Shown in pieces: positions 37,748 to 52,222 of a stretch of DNA of 64,000 nucleotides. The stretch covers positions 315,402-379,401 of the forward strand of contig NMRA01000143.1 in the NCBI GenBank assembly GCA_002633005.1. Direction: 5' to 3'. The position numbers and the translations under genes were made by a program. This DNA comes from Phoronis australis. Its lineage: Eukaryota > Animalia > Phoronida. Below the pieces are notes generated by a model. It saw nothing but the letters and a program-made list of their open reading frames with translations, searched no databases and had not been told where the DNA came from. Positions within the stretch are counted from its first letter, which is position 1, and each line of letters starts with the position of its first letter.

Positions 37748-40700
37748 GACTGTAATGTGTTTCGGCGCACTGTAGAGTCTAGTGCTTAACAGCCATGACT
37801 ACACGCTGTAAAATACAGAAAGAGAGTAAAAATGGCATTCATTAACAGTACCTTTTCATGGTTAAAGTCAACACGCCAAAAACTTCTGGATGTGTCTCCA
37901 TCCAGTGGGGTACTCCCATAGAAGAACACGAGAAGCTCAGTTTTCCTACAAATGGGGCGACACTTCTGATAAAATTCCTTGAGAAAAAGTGTCTTTAGCA
38001 ACATGATTCCCTACAAAACTTTGAGAGTTCCAAACACAAGGTAGCTTTCCAAACTACACAAATTTACAGAATGTCTTTGAATTAGATTGATGGAATTAAT
38101 TACTCTTAGAAAAGGGTGACATTTATGAAACAACTCTACAGAAAAGGATAACTTTTCACGGACGCTCCTTCCAAATGAGTAATTTATTCATGCACACTTT
38201 CTAAATGAGTGGGCATCCCAATTGTCCAGCTGCACTCCCACTGAAAATATAGTTGAGTACCCCCTGGGACCTAAAACCTGTGTTACATAGGGGCAGTAAA
38301 AGTTACACCATGGGCATATAAGCTAGCAAATTCCATCTGCTGATTTTTAGGAAATGATATCCTATGAGACCGATTTGATGACAGTAAAAAGCCCAATTGG
38401 AATTTCATTTTAGCCAGCTAAACAGGGCGAAATGCAGATTTAATTATTATGTGATCTATCATTACTGAGGTGGAGTTCTAAATCAACTAGTGCTTGACAT
38501 CACCTGATGTGACCTTGTATTATATTGCGTTATCAATAGATATCCCTCCAGCAAGATTAAGATTGCACATCAATACTAGTAATACTAACAGTAGGCTCAT
38601 CAGTTAACGTGCATGGTGACACCATTGTGGTTGTGAGAACAGAGCTAGAGTTATTGCACAAGTTGATGACAATCATTTTTCACAAACAAGTGGACTGCTA
38701 TCATAAACATGGGTCCCGTTAATTAAACCTAAAACTTTCCAAGCTATTTCTTCTGAAATTTGTCCAATGAAAAATACAGGCCTCATCAGATGCTCTTTTC
38801 TGAAGTTCAAAGAACAGACTCTACCCGTTAACTGCAAATATTTAAAGTGGCTACAAACCCACATTCCTTCCTAGAAGAAAATTTTGGATTTAGACCGCTT
38901 GCCATAGTAAACTTGTTCTGGGTTTGCAAAGAATTAAACAACACAATGTTATTCTCTTGAGACCTGCATATTTGGCACAGAAAACGACATGCCATGACGA
39001 GCCTGCAACTCAACCAATTACAAACTTAAAGTTCTTATAAAACCCTGAAATAATGTGGAACTTAATTAAGGAACAGTTTGAGACCAACTTAATTAAGGAA
39101 CAGTTCGAGACCAATTTCACAACCATGTTTTTGTGATGGAAGATGGGTTTAAAGCTCCTTTAAGAGAATCATATTTCATAGCTAGCTGACAATGTCAATT
39201 ATATGAAAAATTCTCTTAATTTACAATTGTCAAATTTAACAGATATGAAGAAATAGAGCCATATAAGTATAAAAACACCTCCAAAGCAAAATCATAATTA
39301 TTATGAGAACAAATGAATTTTTTTTTTTGATTTCAAAGATATGCTTAAAAAACATTCACCACATAAAAATTTACTTGGAATGGCAAAACTTAACTGAAAC
39401 GGGCAATAGACATGCTTCTCACCTCTAATTCAATCATCAGTATACTTGGGTAGCAGTCCTTCGTTAACACAAAATTTGTTGAAAACACGACTAAACTTTT
39501 TGTTTTAAAGCGTGATATCGAGTCGCTCGTAGTGTCACAACAATTATGTCTCTCGGTGTTTTGATTCATAGCTGCGCACCTGAAGAAAGGAGATTGTTTC
39601 GACACTACGAGCGAATCAGTATCAAGCTTTCAAACAAAAAGTTCAGTCGTGTTTTCATCGAAGTTTGTGTCAATCATATATGTATATATTGTGCATATAA
39701 CTATGGTAGAACGAAGGCACCTGCACAGGGTGAATGGTGTAGGTATGTGTACTGCAATGCGTATGTTAATAATATTGTTAACACTTAACAAAAACAAGAA
39801 CAAATGATTAAAAAAAAGTAAAATCATCAAATTAATCAGTTGACCCTGAGCTTTAAAAAGATTTCACCAACACTTTTACCAGGCAATTTTATTTCCATGT
39901 TTCCAGCTCATCCTTTCCGATGACTTCTCTTTCCCTGACGACTTCTTCTCTTTCCCTGATTTGACTGTCGTATGCAGTGTACCAGATCTTTCAGAAATTT
40001 GGTATTTGGATAGATGTCAACAGGCAGTATCTGATTAATGCCACACCTATTTTTTGCTTCGACTTACTGTTCTCAAGTCTTCAAAATTTATTGGTCAGAC
40101 AACTATTCCTTTATTCACCAATTCCTCGTTCACTTTTATTGGTTTGTCACAATCTGGTTACAGGTCAATTTTTTGTCCTATCGATATGAAATCTAAACAC
40201 AGTGCGTAACTAGTAAAAAACTACAAGGCCTATTGTTAGGAGGCAAAATCAGACACAAGATGGTGCTGTGATGGTCTGTGAAACAAAGTGTTTGCTGAGC
40301 TCTAGCTTCGCAATCGTTGAATGAAATCTCCTGAAATTTGGTATGTAGATAGGCAACTAAGTCAAGACCTCTGTGTCGCCAGTTTCTTCAGTTGATACAA
40401 TGCACCATTCTCAATTCGAAATTTCAAAAGTATCCCGTTTCTGCTTCATTTTCGTTAAAATCAGAACAAAATTTATAAAAAGCTGAAGTAGCACATGTAT
40501 TCTCAAATGCTGTCTTTTCAACACATCATTTGTTTGAAAATAAGCAAAAATTAAACATAATAATAAAATTCTTGTAATTCTAGCAGGGCTACCGTTGACT
40601 GAAAACGCTGAGCATATTTCTATACTCCTGGATACTATGGAATATAGTCTTGACATAAGTTACAGTAAAAATTTTTCAGTTTGTGATACACATGGCGGAC

Positions 40701-41324
40701 AGGTGTAATTTCATTTTGAATTAGCCCTGCAACATTTGGTAAAAATTTGAGCATTTGCAATAATTAGCCTCTGAAAAATAGAAAAATGGCAACTTTAGAA
40801 ATATTATTTTTGTCCCAAAATGAAGAATTTTTACCGCATACATGCAAACACATTTTTATTGTCTCTTTTTTCATGATCAGATTTAAAACCCCAAACTTTT
40901 GTAACTTGGACGAAACTGAATGGTACTTTAGTCCATCAGCCAAGGATAGTGCCTACCATGGTTACCAGAAATGGGTTTCCCAGTTTGCGATTAGCTAATT
41001 ATTGTTCACAAAGCCACCTACTGCTCAACATAAGCGACAGTTAATCCACATAAAATTTACTTTTTACAGAAAATGTACAGCTTAAAACGTGGGAACTTTT
41101 TAATTGATTGTTTACAGTCATACATTAGTAAATTGCCAGGTGAAAGTGTTCGCGAAATATGTCATCCTTTAGCTCAGGGCCCTCTAACTAAAGTTATCGT
41201 GGACTTACCTATAACTAACAATCTTGTTTTAAATGTGTATGAACTGTCAACTGACATCAACAACGACAGGCAGAGATTTTCCATCTCTAAAGCACGTGGA
41301 CAGCTCATTGGATGAAATACTTAC

Positions 41325-41520
41325 AGCCCATGGTGATTCAGGATCTAATCTTCATCCAATGGCTGAGCGAAAGCGACAGTTAACAGGGCAGTCTTACAGT
41401 CACAGTGTTTACTATCACAATCTGTATGCCATCAACAAAGCTGGTCAGCCCTGCTCTGGCTGAGACAGAGATCACTGCTGGTCTTCCCCTACCTAAGGCA
41501 GGTCACGTGTCGATACAGTG
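41325..41520 (-). promoter_or_regulatory. Candidate MFSD12 non-coding first exon and promoter with a CLEAR-like E-box
   Basis: Consensus donor GTAAGTA at 41324, GTCACGTGTC at 41502-41511, and the shift from CpG-poor to CpG-rich DNA. No transcript evidence available. Confidence 0.35.
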
Positions 41521-43307
41521 GCTTCAGAAAGGCTGCAGACAATCAAAAAAGAAAACTTGCTGATAAACAATGATGGTCGAAGGAAAAGAACGTAAACAGT
41601 TACAACGGCAAAACACTGAGGTCGAAACTGGTGAGTACGGGGTCAGCCCAGCGCCGCCGAGTCACGAGCTGAACAATGTTTACAAAAACCACTTCAACAG
41701 CCTCGTGACATAAGAGCAATACCTACCTATGTACCTCAAGGATTGGTCTAGCTACGGTTGATAACACTCGTAATATACCTGAGTATATACAGGAATCGTA
41801 GTCGACTAAAGTCCACAAGTCGTTGACCTTAGACAGCAGTCCACCGCTCCGGCAGCGTAACTGCTTACTTAACCAGGCGCTAGTATTTTTCATCAACAAG
41901 GCGACCCCTTGCGACAAATCACAAGCAATAACTGAAGTGCACCGTGGCAGCCGGCCGAGTCGTCTCAAGCGCTCGAGTGGGCGGGTGTGGGCCGGCAACT
42001 GGCATGGGCGTAAGGTGTAAAATATACGTCAAATACCACTGTTGGATTTATCTTTGATGTCCCTGGTCACTGAGGACACTAACTAGGGGAGCAAATTTGA
42101 CTTTCACGGGACTTCGTAAAAACTCGACGAGAAAACTTGTTATGCACCGATTTTCAGGATATTCGTAATTCTTTCAACTCAGTCGAAGGAAATGCCGCCT
42201 CCGATCTCCATGCAGGAACCCGGTCTCTGTCAAGGGATAATAGCTGGTTTCGTTACTTGGTAATTGTTGTCGGGAACCATGTGGGTATAGGGGCCCTGGA
42301 GATACAATTGTTGCTCATACTTTCATGCCTTTTTACAATATTCACCCCGGCTTTCTCCAGCTAACCCTTGGTCACTATTTTCCTGTTTTTTCAGTCTTCC
42401 TCTGATGAGTAATTTTGCTCTGATCACGGAGCGCACCCCAGCGATGGAATCAGCTGCCTCTCACGAAACCTTTATGTTATGGAAGGTCATAAAGTCACTG
42501 ACGTGATTTTGGAATAAACTGTCACTCTTTCCAGTTTTTATTTTGTTTTAATGATACCACGCCCCGCAAGTAGATTATGTTTCCAACGTCTGGGGTCAGT
42601 GAACTTGGCGGGAGCTAGTTTGCAGGTAGATAAATCGTGAATTACACATAAGGCCACCACTATGTTGATATTTGCACCCATGTTTTTATGGTCAATTATT
42701 TTAATAAAACTAGTCTGCAGGTTGTTACAAAAACAGCATATTTTATGCAAATAATGATCACCATTATTTAAAATTAGGTTTTTTCTCAGTCATAACTTTC
42801 TTATGGGGCACTACATATAAATCATCATGACAATTGCATCCATGTTTAGTGGTGATCAATGAACTTCAAAATAAAAACTAGATGATTAAATCATAAATTT
42901 CTATAATTTATACTTTATGCACATAAATGTCGATATGATAAGGAAGTCATGATATTATTTACTTCCAGTGTCGCCCTTGCAATAGATACAATTTACTACA
43001 GAGTATGCACGTGGTTCAAACTATTACAATTAATTTCAAGTTTCCACGCGTTACCGAATGGTAGTGTTCAACCTTTACTTCAATAGCAAGGCTGGAAACT
43101 AATCATTGCAACTCTCTATATTACAGATAGTATACTCTAAACTCAAGTCGCGGACCAGCAGACGCCAAACCCGTGGTATGTCCATAAGTTTGCATCCTTG
43201 CTCCACACACGCGATACCGTTTATTCTGTCTGTTTTATGTGAAAACGATAACTTAACATCTCAAGAACTCATACAATCTAATAGCAATAATAACAGTGTT
43301 CAATGTA

Positions 43308-43460
43308 ATACACTATATGCCCCTAACATGAATTTTTACACACTATATGCCCCTAACATGAATTTTTACACACTATATGCCCCTAACATGAATTTTTACA
43401 CACTATATGCCCCTAACATGAATTTTTACACACTATATGCCCCTAACATGAATTTTTACA
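43308..43460. repeat. 30-bp minisatellite TACACACTATATGCCCCTAACATGAATTTT, 5 copies
   Basis: Perfect tandem copies. Confidence 0.95.
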
Positions 43461-45648
43461 GAACATTGTGATTTTTTTAACTTTTCCATTCTAATAGCAT
43501 CAATATCATACTACATAACAGAGCGTTTGCTCAATATTGCGATTTCCCCTTTCAACTGTTTTAGCTATTTTACAGTGCTTTTAATTTTCTTGCGTTTTGT
43601 TTTCTTTACTGTGTCCACATCTATATCTAAAAGGTGATATAGGACCCAAGAAAAGTGTCGAAATTTGGCTAACGGAACATCATATCTCAGAGATGCCTGA
43701 TCGGACTCATATGAAACTATCAAACTGTGCTTTTTACACAATTATTCAATATCATATTTTCGAATTATTTTTAAAATGTTCCACCTTTGCATGAAAGTCG
43801 ATCAAAAATTAGAACTCTTATGATTTTTATGAAAAATTTCTAAATTTTCATTAAAGGAAAACGGACTGATGATTTGGAAAACTGTGACTGTGTTTTTGAG
43901 ATTTCATTTTGAACATTTATATCAAATGAAATTTAAACAATAAACGTTATTGACACCGTCATTTTGCTATCAATGTCCCCTTCTTGTTGTTAAATTCAAC
44001 CAAAAATACATGATTAATGTCAGATTCTCTCGAATTAACTGACTTTTTTAGATTCAGAAAATACTTACTTTTAGTTAATATCTATAGTTTAGTAGACATT
44101 TCGCTAAATAGACAGACATGTCGATAAGCGAACAACGTAACACTAGATTGCTTGTGTTTGCATATGGGTAATAGAAATAGAAATGTTTATTGTATGAAGG
44201 CCTTGACCTCACAATTCTGTTTACATTGCAACCTTATAATGAATTTTTTTAGCTCTTACCACTATACAGCGTCATTTTTTTTAGTTCACAAAAATCGTGG
44301 CTTTGAAATAACTACACTGGTATCATCTGTCATATTCGTCAGCAAATTTCTGCGCACACCACCAAGGACCACCCTCATTCGATTCTATTTCCGTGTGACG
44401 TTATCATGTACTTTTCTACATATAGTATGCATAGCTTTTGCAACGTATTTTGCGGGTTTTCCTCCCGTATTATTCCGAGACTATGTGGGTAGGCACTGAT
44501 CTTTATCGCATCTCTCGTTCAATGTATTCAAGATACGACTTAAGGTCAAAATCACATCCTAAACACGTAACGCGCCTATCGTGCATGCGGGGTACGTGTT
44601 AGTTCACCTAGTTAGGGTGCTGTTTAATATGTAGTTTGTAGTATAGCCACCAGGTGTCCCATCTTCTTGTTGTGTGTCTTGTGTGCCCCTATATTTCATG
44701 GGTGTGGTGCACACCAGCTGCATTATACTTTTCTGACATTCGTATGAGACGGATGTTAGGTTTTGGCAGCCACAGGGCTTCAAATTCGAGTCCCCCCCCC
44801 CCCGGGTGCCCGCATGCAATATTTAACGAAACAGATTAGTTTGCGAGCGCACACGCGTTAGCCCTTACTGCCTGCAACAACAAGGACACAGAGTAAAGGC
44901 TGTGTAGTAAAAACTTTTCAACTCCACCCTTGCAAACCGTGTCCTTTTGAAACATGGACATGTAATGAAATGAACTTTCCCAAAACTGAACTGAAATTCC
45001 GACATTAAAATGCGCATTCCCCCTTACTGGTTAAATCGTATATTCGGCGCGTAATGCGCGGAACGTGTGCAGATCTAAAAGTGACCTTTTAATGGGAGAT
45101 CTGTTGAAACTTACGTACCCATTAAGTTTCTAGTGACTGTCTCCAGCCGATAGGTCACCCCAATGAACATTTCGCGAATAAGCCTATTGCGTTCATGTTA
45201 CAGGAGGTGAAAACTACTCCATGAGTACGCCTCTATTCTGGCTACTATCCCCTAAACCTCAATCTATGCAAGGAAACACTAAACCCGCGGTACAAAGTTC
45301 GAATCCACGCCTATTCCACTCAGGTTCCGAAAATGTACCATAACCGGTGATATCCGTGTTTTCATATCTGGTATAATTTTTCTTGTCAAGTTCCCTCGCA
45401 TCTTACTATTTAGTAACTGTAAGCAATTTACTGAACACATTTTATTTTTGCGACCTTCACTAGTAGTTTTAACTTCAATACTTTCTTAAAAAACAAAAAG
45501 TGTGCTGTGCCTCAAAAGTTCTAAGTCTACCATCAAGTTAATTTTTTGTAATTTCTACAGATTTTGATGCCTTTTTCTTTCATTTTGCTTTCTTCTTTAC
45601 TCCGAACTTTGTACAAGATATTATCGTATTGAATTTAATTGATACAGA

Positions 45649-46920
45649 ATAATCAGAGAAGTTAGATTGTCAGAGAACGAAGGAAGGTATGCCCGAGCAG
45701 TTCAGATGGGTCAGCAGGGGGCGTGAACGAAGTGGGACAAAGTCTTGCACAGGGAAATAAAGTGGGCGGATTTGTGGAAGATGTCGCCTTTGAAATCAAA
45801 GTTTCTCATCAGATCTGTTTATGATGTACTGCCTACTCCCAGCAACCTTGCTATTTGGGGTCTTACTGACAACCCGAGCTGTATTCAGTGTGGACGCAGA
45901 TGTTCTTTAAAACACATTCTGTCATCTTGCAGCGCGTCTTTGGCATCAAGAAAGTACACCTACCGACACAACCATGCAGGTAATGAAAGTTTTCGCAAGG
46001 GTGTTGGTCGACGAAGTCAAGAGTAAACCAAAGCCGAGAAGCCACCGGGTCGAATTTATCAGTTTCAGAAGAAGTGGCGATGAGGCAAGTAAGGGGAAGA
46101 CACCAGCGCAAAAAGGCATCCTTCACACAGCCAACGATTGGAAATTGTGGGCTGATCTTGCCGGTCACCAGTCATCCTTCCCGCAGCACATTGTCCAGAC
46201 TACCCAGCGTCCTGACTTGGTTCTTTATTCGGACAGTTCCCACCAGATCATCCTGATCGAGCTCACTATTCCGTGGGAGAGTAGGGTAGAAGAGGCTCAT
46301 GAGCGGAAGAACCTGAAATATACTGATCTGAGGAGTGACTGCCACGTTAACGGCTGGAGGTGTTGGAGTTTTTCTGTGGAGGTTGGTTGCCGTGGTTTTC
46401 CGGCCAGCTCGGTTACTGCTATGACAAGGTCTCTGGGCGTCTACGCGATGTGGCCACCGAAGCTGAACAGGCATCTTGTTGGATTTGGACGAAGCACCAA
46501 CAGCAATACCCTCAACAACCGTCAGGCAGAGCCTGATCAACTCTGTTGTCTCGCCTACTAGAGATGGGGCCCGTTCCAACAAAACTGACTTAGCTAAGAC
46601 AAATCTTAAATTTTAGTAAATTTTAAGATAAAACTTAAATTTGTCTCGAGACTGTTTTAAGCAAGAGATCCTAAGTTTGAATTAAGTTTTTGATAAAAGT
46701 TCAATCTTAATTTTAACTATCTGACCAAATGTGGAAGTTTCAAAGTTTGGAAGTTAAGAAAAATCTTAAACTTAAGTCAAAAATGAACTAAAGTCAGTTT
46801 CTTGGAATGGGCCCATGGTCTTGATTTAGGGACTAAACCATTAAGGACAGTAGGAGACCAACTGAAGATGACGGTTGAGCACAGTTCCATCAAGTGTTTG
46901 AAGTAAGTTCAATGAAATAA
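45649..46920 (+). mobile_element. 5'-truncated, inactivated non-LTR retrotransposon with a restriction-like endonuclease (HERO-like clade)
   Basis: Translated motifs QGA*TKW, FLIRSVYDVLPTPSNL..WG, CCHC knuckle CIQC..HILSSC, RHN, RPDLVL..IELTIPWE..K..KY, VEVGCRGF and a frameshifted AEQASCWIW. Contains one in-frame stop and two frameshifts. No RT domain remains. 3' limit approximate. Confidence 0.85.
46567..46814. mobile_element. 248-bp PIF/Harbinger-like MITE nested in the retroelement 3' UTR
   Basis: TIRs GGGCCCGTTCCAACAAAACTGACTT / AAGTCAGTTTCTTGGAATGGGCCC, with a 3-bp TSD ATG on both sides. A decayed relative lies at about 20455-20556. Confidence 0.8.
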
Positions 46921-48135
46921 TTTAAATTGTCTTGGTGGACTGAATTTTTAGCGGTTTTATATCTTCCACGGCCCAACTAGAACCACAAGGGCTTTTCATG
47001 TTATGATTCCCATTATTGTTTTTCTTCCCTTCTTTCTATACCCGGGAACTGACTGCAGTCGCGGGCGCCGGGGGTAAGGAACTGGTCCCCCCAAGAAGTG
47101 TGCAATCATTCATACGTACAGGGTGTGGGTAAAGTTGAAAACACGTCAGCGTCCACTATTCGAGTTACAATGACCATTTTCTATTTTCAATAACACAATA
47201 TTTAAACATTTTCAGTTTCTTTGTTTTACTCAAGTGTTTCACATGTAGACGCTGGCACCTTAATAGGTAGATATACACGAACAGTAAACTCGAATTTTTT
47301 AGAACTATAACTGTAACTGTCGTGTTTTATTTTTCATTTACTTATTTCATTAACATAAGTATACAGACATTACCGCCCATAAATGGAAAAATATTACCTG
47401 GGCAACAGGTATCGGTCAACAAATTACTGCAACCGTATGTACAAGTATATAGAAATATAATTACACACACACGTAATAAGTCATAAGACTTCTATGAGGT
47501 AGAACAGTTGGAAGGCATGACGTCAATAACAAGTTACACTGGAGTGATAGTCCGGTCGGTGAGTGATGATAAAGTTACAAACTACTTAACTACGCAACAA
47601 AGTTTGGCATAGAGAGAGGTAAGTCCTGAGAACCAAATGCTTGTGTGCCGCGTTTTAGATTTGCGTTATGTGGTTACGTAGCGTCACAGAGCCCAACTGA
47701 GCTTAACTTGTGGCGTTCATTAATGACATGTTCTCGAACATTACATCCAGGCATTTTACAGTTCACGCGATAAAAGAATTTGAAAAGATTTGTAATTAAT
47801 TGTATGCGCGCCACTTAAACGCAGATCTCTAGTGTTTGCACTGTCACGGTACCCTGTAACATCTGTGAGGGTGACACCTGGCGGTGGGAACTATTTCATC
47901 ATTTGATGTCGTGATCTGAGCGCTACAACTTGTAAAATCTGACAGCTTTGTGCATCACCACATTCCGTGGTTCCAAGAAATCGGATCGTTTGCATACTCA
48001 TCTATCTAACACGGTAATCTTACATCGAAATCACAGCAATCTATTCGGCTGAAAAAAAATCTTTTTCTGTAAGTTACAAGTAGAGACTAGTAATTTCTGC
48101 CTCTTGCTGTCGAACACTAAAATAAATGATCATGT

Positions 48136-49241
48136 TCAAACACTTGTTTCTTTCAATAGTTTTTCTTCAATCGTTGCTTTGTCAGCATCTTCTGTCGTCT
48201 GCGTTTCGTTTCCCTCCTTGTCACGTGCTAATTCTCGCCGTGAAGCGGTGGCGTACGCTTGAAGGGCAGTCAATGCAGTCGCCCCAACCAGCGAACATAC
48301 AAAACAATAGACCATGATGGAATCAGAACTTACTCTTTGAAAAAGGTAACCGACGTACCAATCCAAACCAAAATCTACGAGACTTGGAACGAAACTAAGC
48401 CAAGCGAAAAATGTAGCGGTTGGAATGACGTATACGGCAGCCCACGAGTAACCAGCAGGCCAGAGGGCACCCGCCAGAAACTTATATGCGCATATAGTTA
48501 TCCAGAACTGTAAACGAGTTTGCACAACGAAAGCAAAGACGACACAGCAGGCGACGGTACCAATTGCCTCTGCGAAAATCATAATTTGGATGGGACAAAA
48601 AGCCGCTACGAAAACAGATACAACTCGGCTCCCCAACACAAAAGCACTGGACGTCGACGCCAAAGCAACTGCCTCGGACTTTTGAAAGGCCAAAGGACCC
48701 TCCACGGCATATGCAAAGTAGAACAGTCCTATTGTCCCAATGTGGCCTCGTAAGGCAATGTAATACACAGAAAGACCGACGAGCACAATTGTTCCAAATA
48801 TGAGGTCTCCCCTTGCCCAAGACTTTGGTGACATGTCTGAGCAGATTTTCTTGAACAACGTCTTCCTTGATGGTTTTTTGTTGTTCTCGTTTTCGTTGTC
48901 ATCGACCTCTGGTGGTCCCTTTGTGAACTGAAATATTACAAAACAAAATCCACAAACAGCTAACACTGACGACGCTATGGCGTAAGGAATTTCAATCTGC
49001 GACTCTAAGTTTAAATGAGACAGTTCTCCATGAGGCGGCTTCGAATGTGTGTCGTTAGTGTATTCAATCAGGGCTGTGAAATTTGCTTCTGTTGTGGCAT
49101 TGCTTTCGATTCGGTTGGGAGACAAAAACGGCTCAGCAATCAATGGCGCTATTAACCCCCCGATAGTGTATCCCATCAACGCCAAGTGAAGCGGTACGGC
49201 CGAGTTCCCCTTCCACATCTTCGTCATTTCAGAAACGAGAA
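48136..49241 (-). CDS. MFSD4/NAGLT1-like MFS transporter, exon 4 (terminal; ends ...EEKLLKETSV*)
   Basis: Motifs .W......LH....IG..IAPLIAEPFL and I..PY.I, with multiple TM helices. Acceptor ggatttcag, phase 1. The four exons total 1563 nt, giving 520 aa. Confidence 0.88.
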
Positions 49242-49650
49242 CTGAAATCCAACAAACGCAACAATAAAAATAAATATTACATGCTCAATATGGATAAAAT
49301 TACGCATGCAGTGTATGACTTCGTCGTGTATATGCGCGTATTTAGGCCTGTGTCAAAAATAGTGCGTTCTTCCAAAATATTGTTTTTCAAGTATTTCTCA
49401 AATCCACGCATGCGGCTGAGCTTCACTGATAGGTGCAGCCGGGAATCAATCAAGCACATGTATGGCTTATAAGAACTCTTTTTGTTTATTTTGTATCCAG
49501 TTTAAGGAGACAATAAAGCCGTGACTTGTGACAGAAACAAAGTAAAAAAATTTGAATTAGGTCAGTTACCTTTAAAATTTCGGCCTCTCTACTCAGATTA
49601 GAAAGAGTTTCTAGACTTCAGAAGTGATATTTCGTTATTGCATTACTAAA

Positions 49651-49721
49651 CATGGGCGGCGCATAGGGGGCTGGGGAGCCATAGTCCCCTCCCCATTTAT
49701 TCCAGTGCTGCGCCGCCCATG
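49651..49721. mobile_element. 71-bp MITE with perfect 13-bp TIR CATGGGCGGCGCA and 5-bp TSD CTAAA
   Basis: CTAAA at 49646-49650 and 49722-49726 flanks the perfect inverted repeats. Confidence 0.75.
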
Positions 49722-50755
49722 CTAAATCAAGCCTCGTCATGGCGGGGTGGTTGTAGTCGCCGAAACAGTACTTCACCTTCGGAGCAACTCACACACGTCG
49801 GCCGAAACAGTACATAACCTTCAGGAGAACTCACACACGTCGGCGTTGCTTTGGTATAGCAAAATTAAGTACACAAGACACCAGAGGAGAGTTATGTAGA
49901 ATCCTCGAATATTGTCCAAATTTGGCTAACATCGGAGCATTATATTTAATAAATTCGTAAGAAACTTTCAGACTTCGGCACTTTTTAAACACTGATATCC
50001 AAAATTGCGTTTTTAAAATGTTCCACTTTTGCACGCGGTGGTATAAAACATTACTTTTACGATTTTAAGAAAAACATCAACAGTTGCATAAGCCAGAGTA
50101 GAAATGATAGTTTAGAAAACCGTAACGACATTTTGAGATTTCGTCTTGAATTATTATACCAAACCAAGTGTTATTGAAATAATTTTAGGATGGATGCACT
50201 TTTATAATACATGTTAATAAGAACACATAGGTCACGTGACTCATATTTCCAAATTCACATTTCATTTTCCATTCTAAAGCACCAGGTTGCCGATGGCGAG
50301 TGACGAACTGTGACAATTGCTGCCACGGAAACCTGGCTATTACTCTGCAAAAGGAGATTCCAAATATTTAATTTCAGGTTGGCAATCCGTAATAACTGAA
50401 AGTTCGTTATTCTTTGAAGCAACCTGATGTTCGGGGCAATGATATGCCGTGACAAGCAAGAACGAGATGTCAGTTTGAAGTCCTGAAATCACTTCTAATT
50501 TGACCAAGGAATGTGATTCATAACGGTATGTGATTTAAAACAAAGGCTGATTCTTATGAAGCAAGGGTTGTTCACAGCTACGTTAACTAAAATGAGAGAA
50601 AACACTTTCATATTATGTATCAACCAAAATATGCAAACATAATTCGGTCGCTATCTGAATGATTTGGGAGTCAAAGGTGCATTTAATGAATAAAATGGCA
50701 CCCGTAACACCCGTCACAATAACAAACTATGTATCGCGAACTAGAGAGCTATTAC

Positions 50756-50889
50756 CTGGAGACAAGGAACTTGAGCCTAAAACTATGACAACATTTACAA
50801 CCGCGAAGACAGGCAGAGATCGTGTCCATGGCAACGAGAAGATGAACGCCGACGCTATGACAGCGGTGATTCCTATCAACAAGTCTGTT
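50756..50889 (-). CDS. MFSD4-like transporter exon 3 (TDLLIGITAVIASAFIFSLPWTRSL...)
   Basis: Canonical AG/GT, phases 2 and 1 consistent. Hydrophobic TM segments with a PW motif. Confidence 0.85.
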
Positions 50890-51401
50890 CTATAAAAATA
50901 TTGCACATGTACCAATATAGAGCAATGTTAAACATCGTTTTATGTTATCTTTTATATTTAAAATGATTACTGTACATGCAAGTATAAGTCGAGGAAAATA
51001 GTATATCCTGAACATAAGTCCATTTCACCATAGGTCTTCGGCTGTTTCACTGAATAATGAGGCGGCGTGGAGCATTTTGAGTGATTGCGAAAGTATTAGC
51101 CTAGGTGGACTATTTGTGCATACTTTTATCTGCAAAGCTTTTTATATTGCGCTTTTAGGCGAATGATTGTATTTTGACACGCCACTCTTTCAAAATGTTA
51201 CAAAATCCAACCATTTTTTGTCTAAGGATCATCAAGTACAAGACTCATGCGAAACTTTTATTGGCTCGCCGCAACCGAAGCTCCATGGGTGCATTTACAA
51301 AGTAATTTTACAATAATGCATTTCTAACATTAATTTTCATGGTGAAATAATGGTTATAAATACTGAATTCACACGCCTAATCAACAAATGGCGTAACATC
51401 A

Positions 51402-51493
51402 CATGGGCGGCGTACCATAGGGGGATGGGGGGGGGGGGGGGCNGGGGGGGGGGGCTATAGCACTCCACTTATTTCAGTGCTGCGCCGCCAATG
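51402..51493. mobile_element. CATGGGCGGCG-TIR MITE with a poly-G interior (contains an N)
   Basis: CATGGGCGGCGTA...TGCGCCGCCAATG. Confidence 0.6.
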
Positions 51494-52222
51494 CAATGTT
51501 CAAGGCCGTTTTAATATCTTACGCTAGGTAAACCACAATTAGCAGTAGCGGCTGGCTGATCAGAAATTTTCACCGATCCTTACATAATAAATTCACGAGT
51601 GAAAAGGTTCCATAGCTGCGCCTGTTAAGTTCAGTTTCGATCCCCTACTGTCCCAACTCCTGACCAGCTCATGTGCAAATTCCGAAACGGCCCTTAAAGT
51701 TATCTCAAACCTTATTAAGTTGCCTTCGTTCTAACTACTATTTCGCAAAACCAGTTCCCGGTGTGGCAATTTGGTGTTTGCTAGTGGAAAGGAATTGAAA
51801 GGCGAGGACATGGACTCCCACCCCCCGAAATAGCCCAAACAGAATTTGCACATTGCCATCCAAATTTAGAATTGCTACCTCCCAAAAATGTTCTTTTCTC
51901 ATTAATACTACGTTTTTCTCATGAGCTGACTTCTTTCCTCACGAGTTAAGGGATTTTTGAAGAAATATATAAAACTTGTTTGTCAAAAGTAAAATCCAAA
52001 TGATAATGAATAAGCAAATGTAACCAATAGAAAGGAACATTTAAAATGAAAACGAGAAATTGTGTATCCTAGCTGTAAATGAGCAGCAGAAGAAGCAGTG
52101 CAGACGTTTTTCTTTCGTACTTTAAATCATTTTCAGACCGTTATAGAATAACATTTTGGTAGCAGACGACAGTTTCAATCGAATCATATCTGACAATCAA
52201 CAACTAAAGACGTGATTCTTAC

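Noticed and set aside
42401-42495. CTGATGA...GAAACCTT...AAGGTC hammerhead-like core
   Set aside because: Stem III can form, but stems I and II lack adequate pairing.
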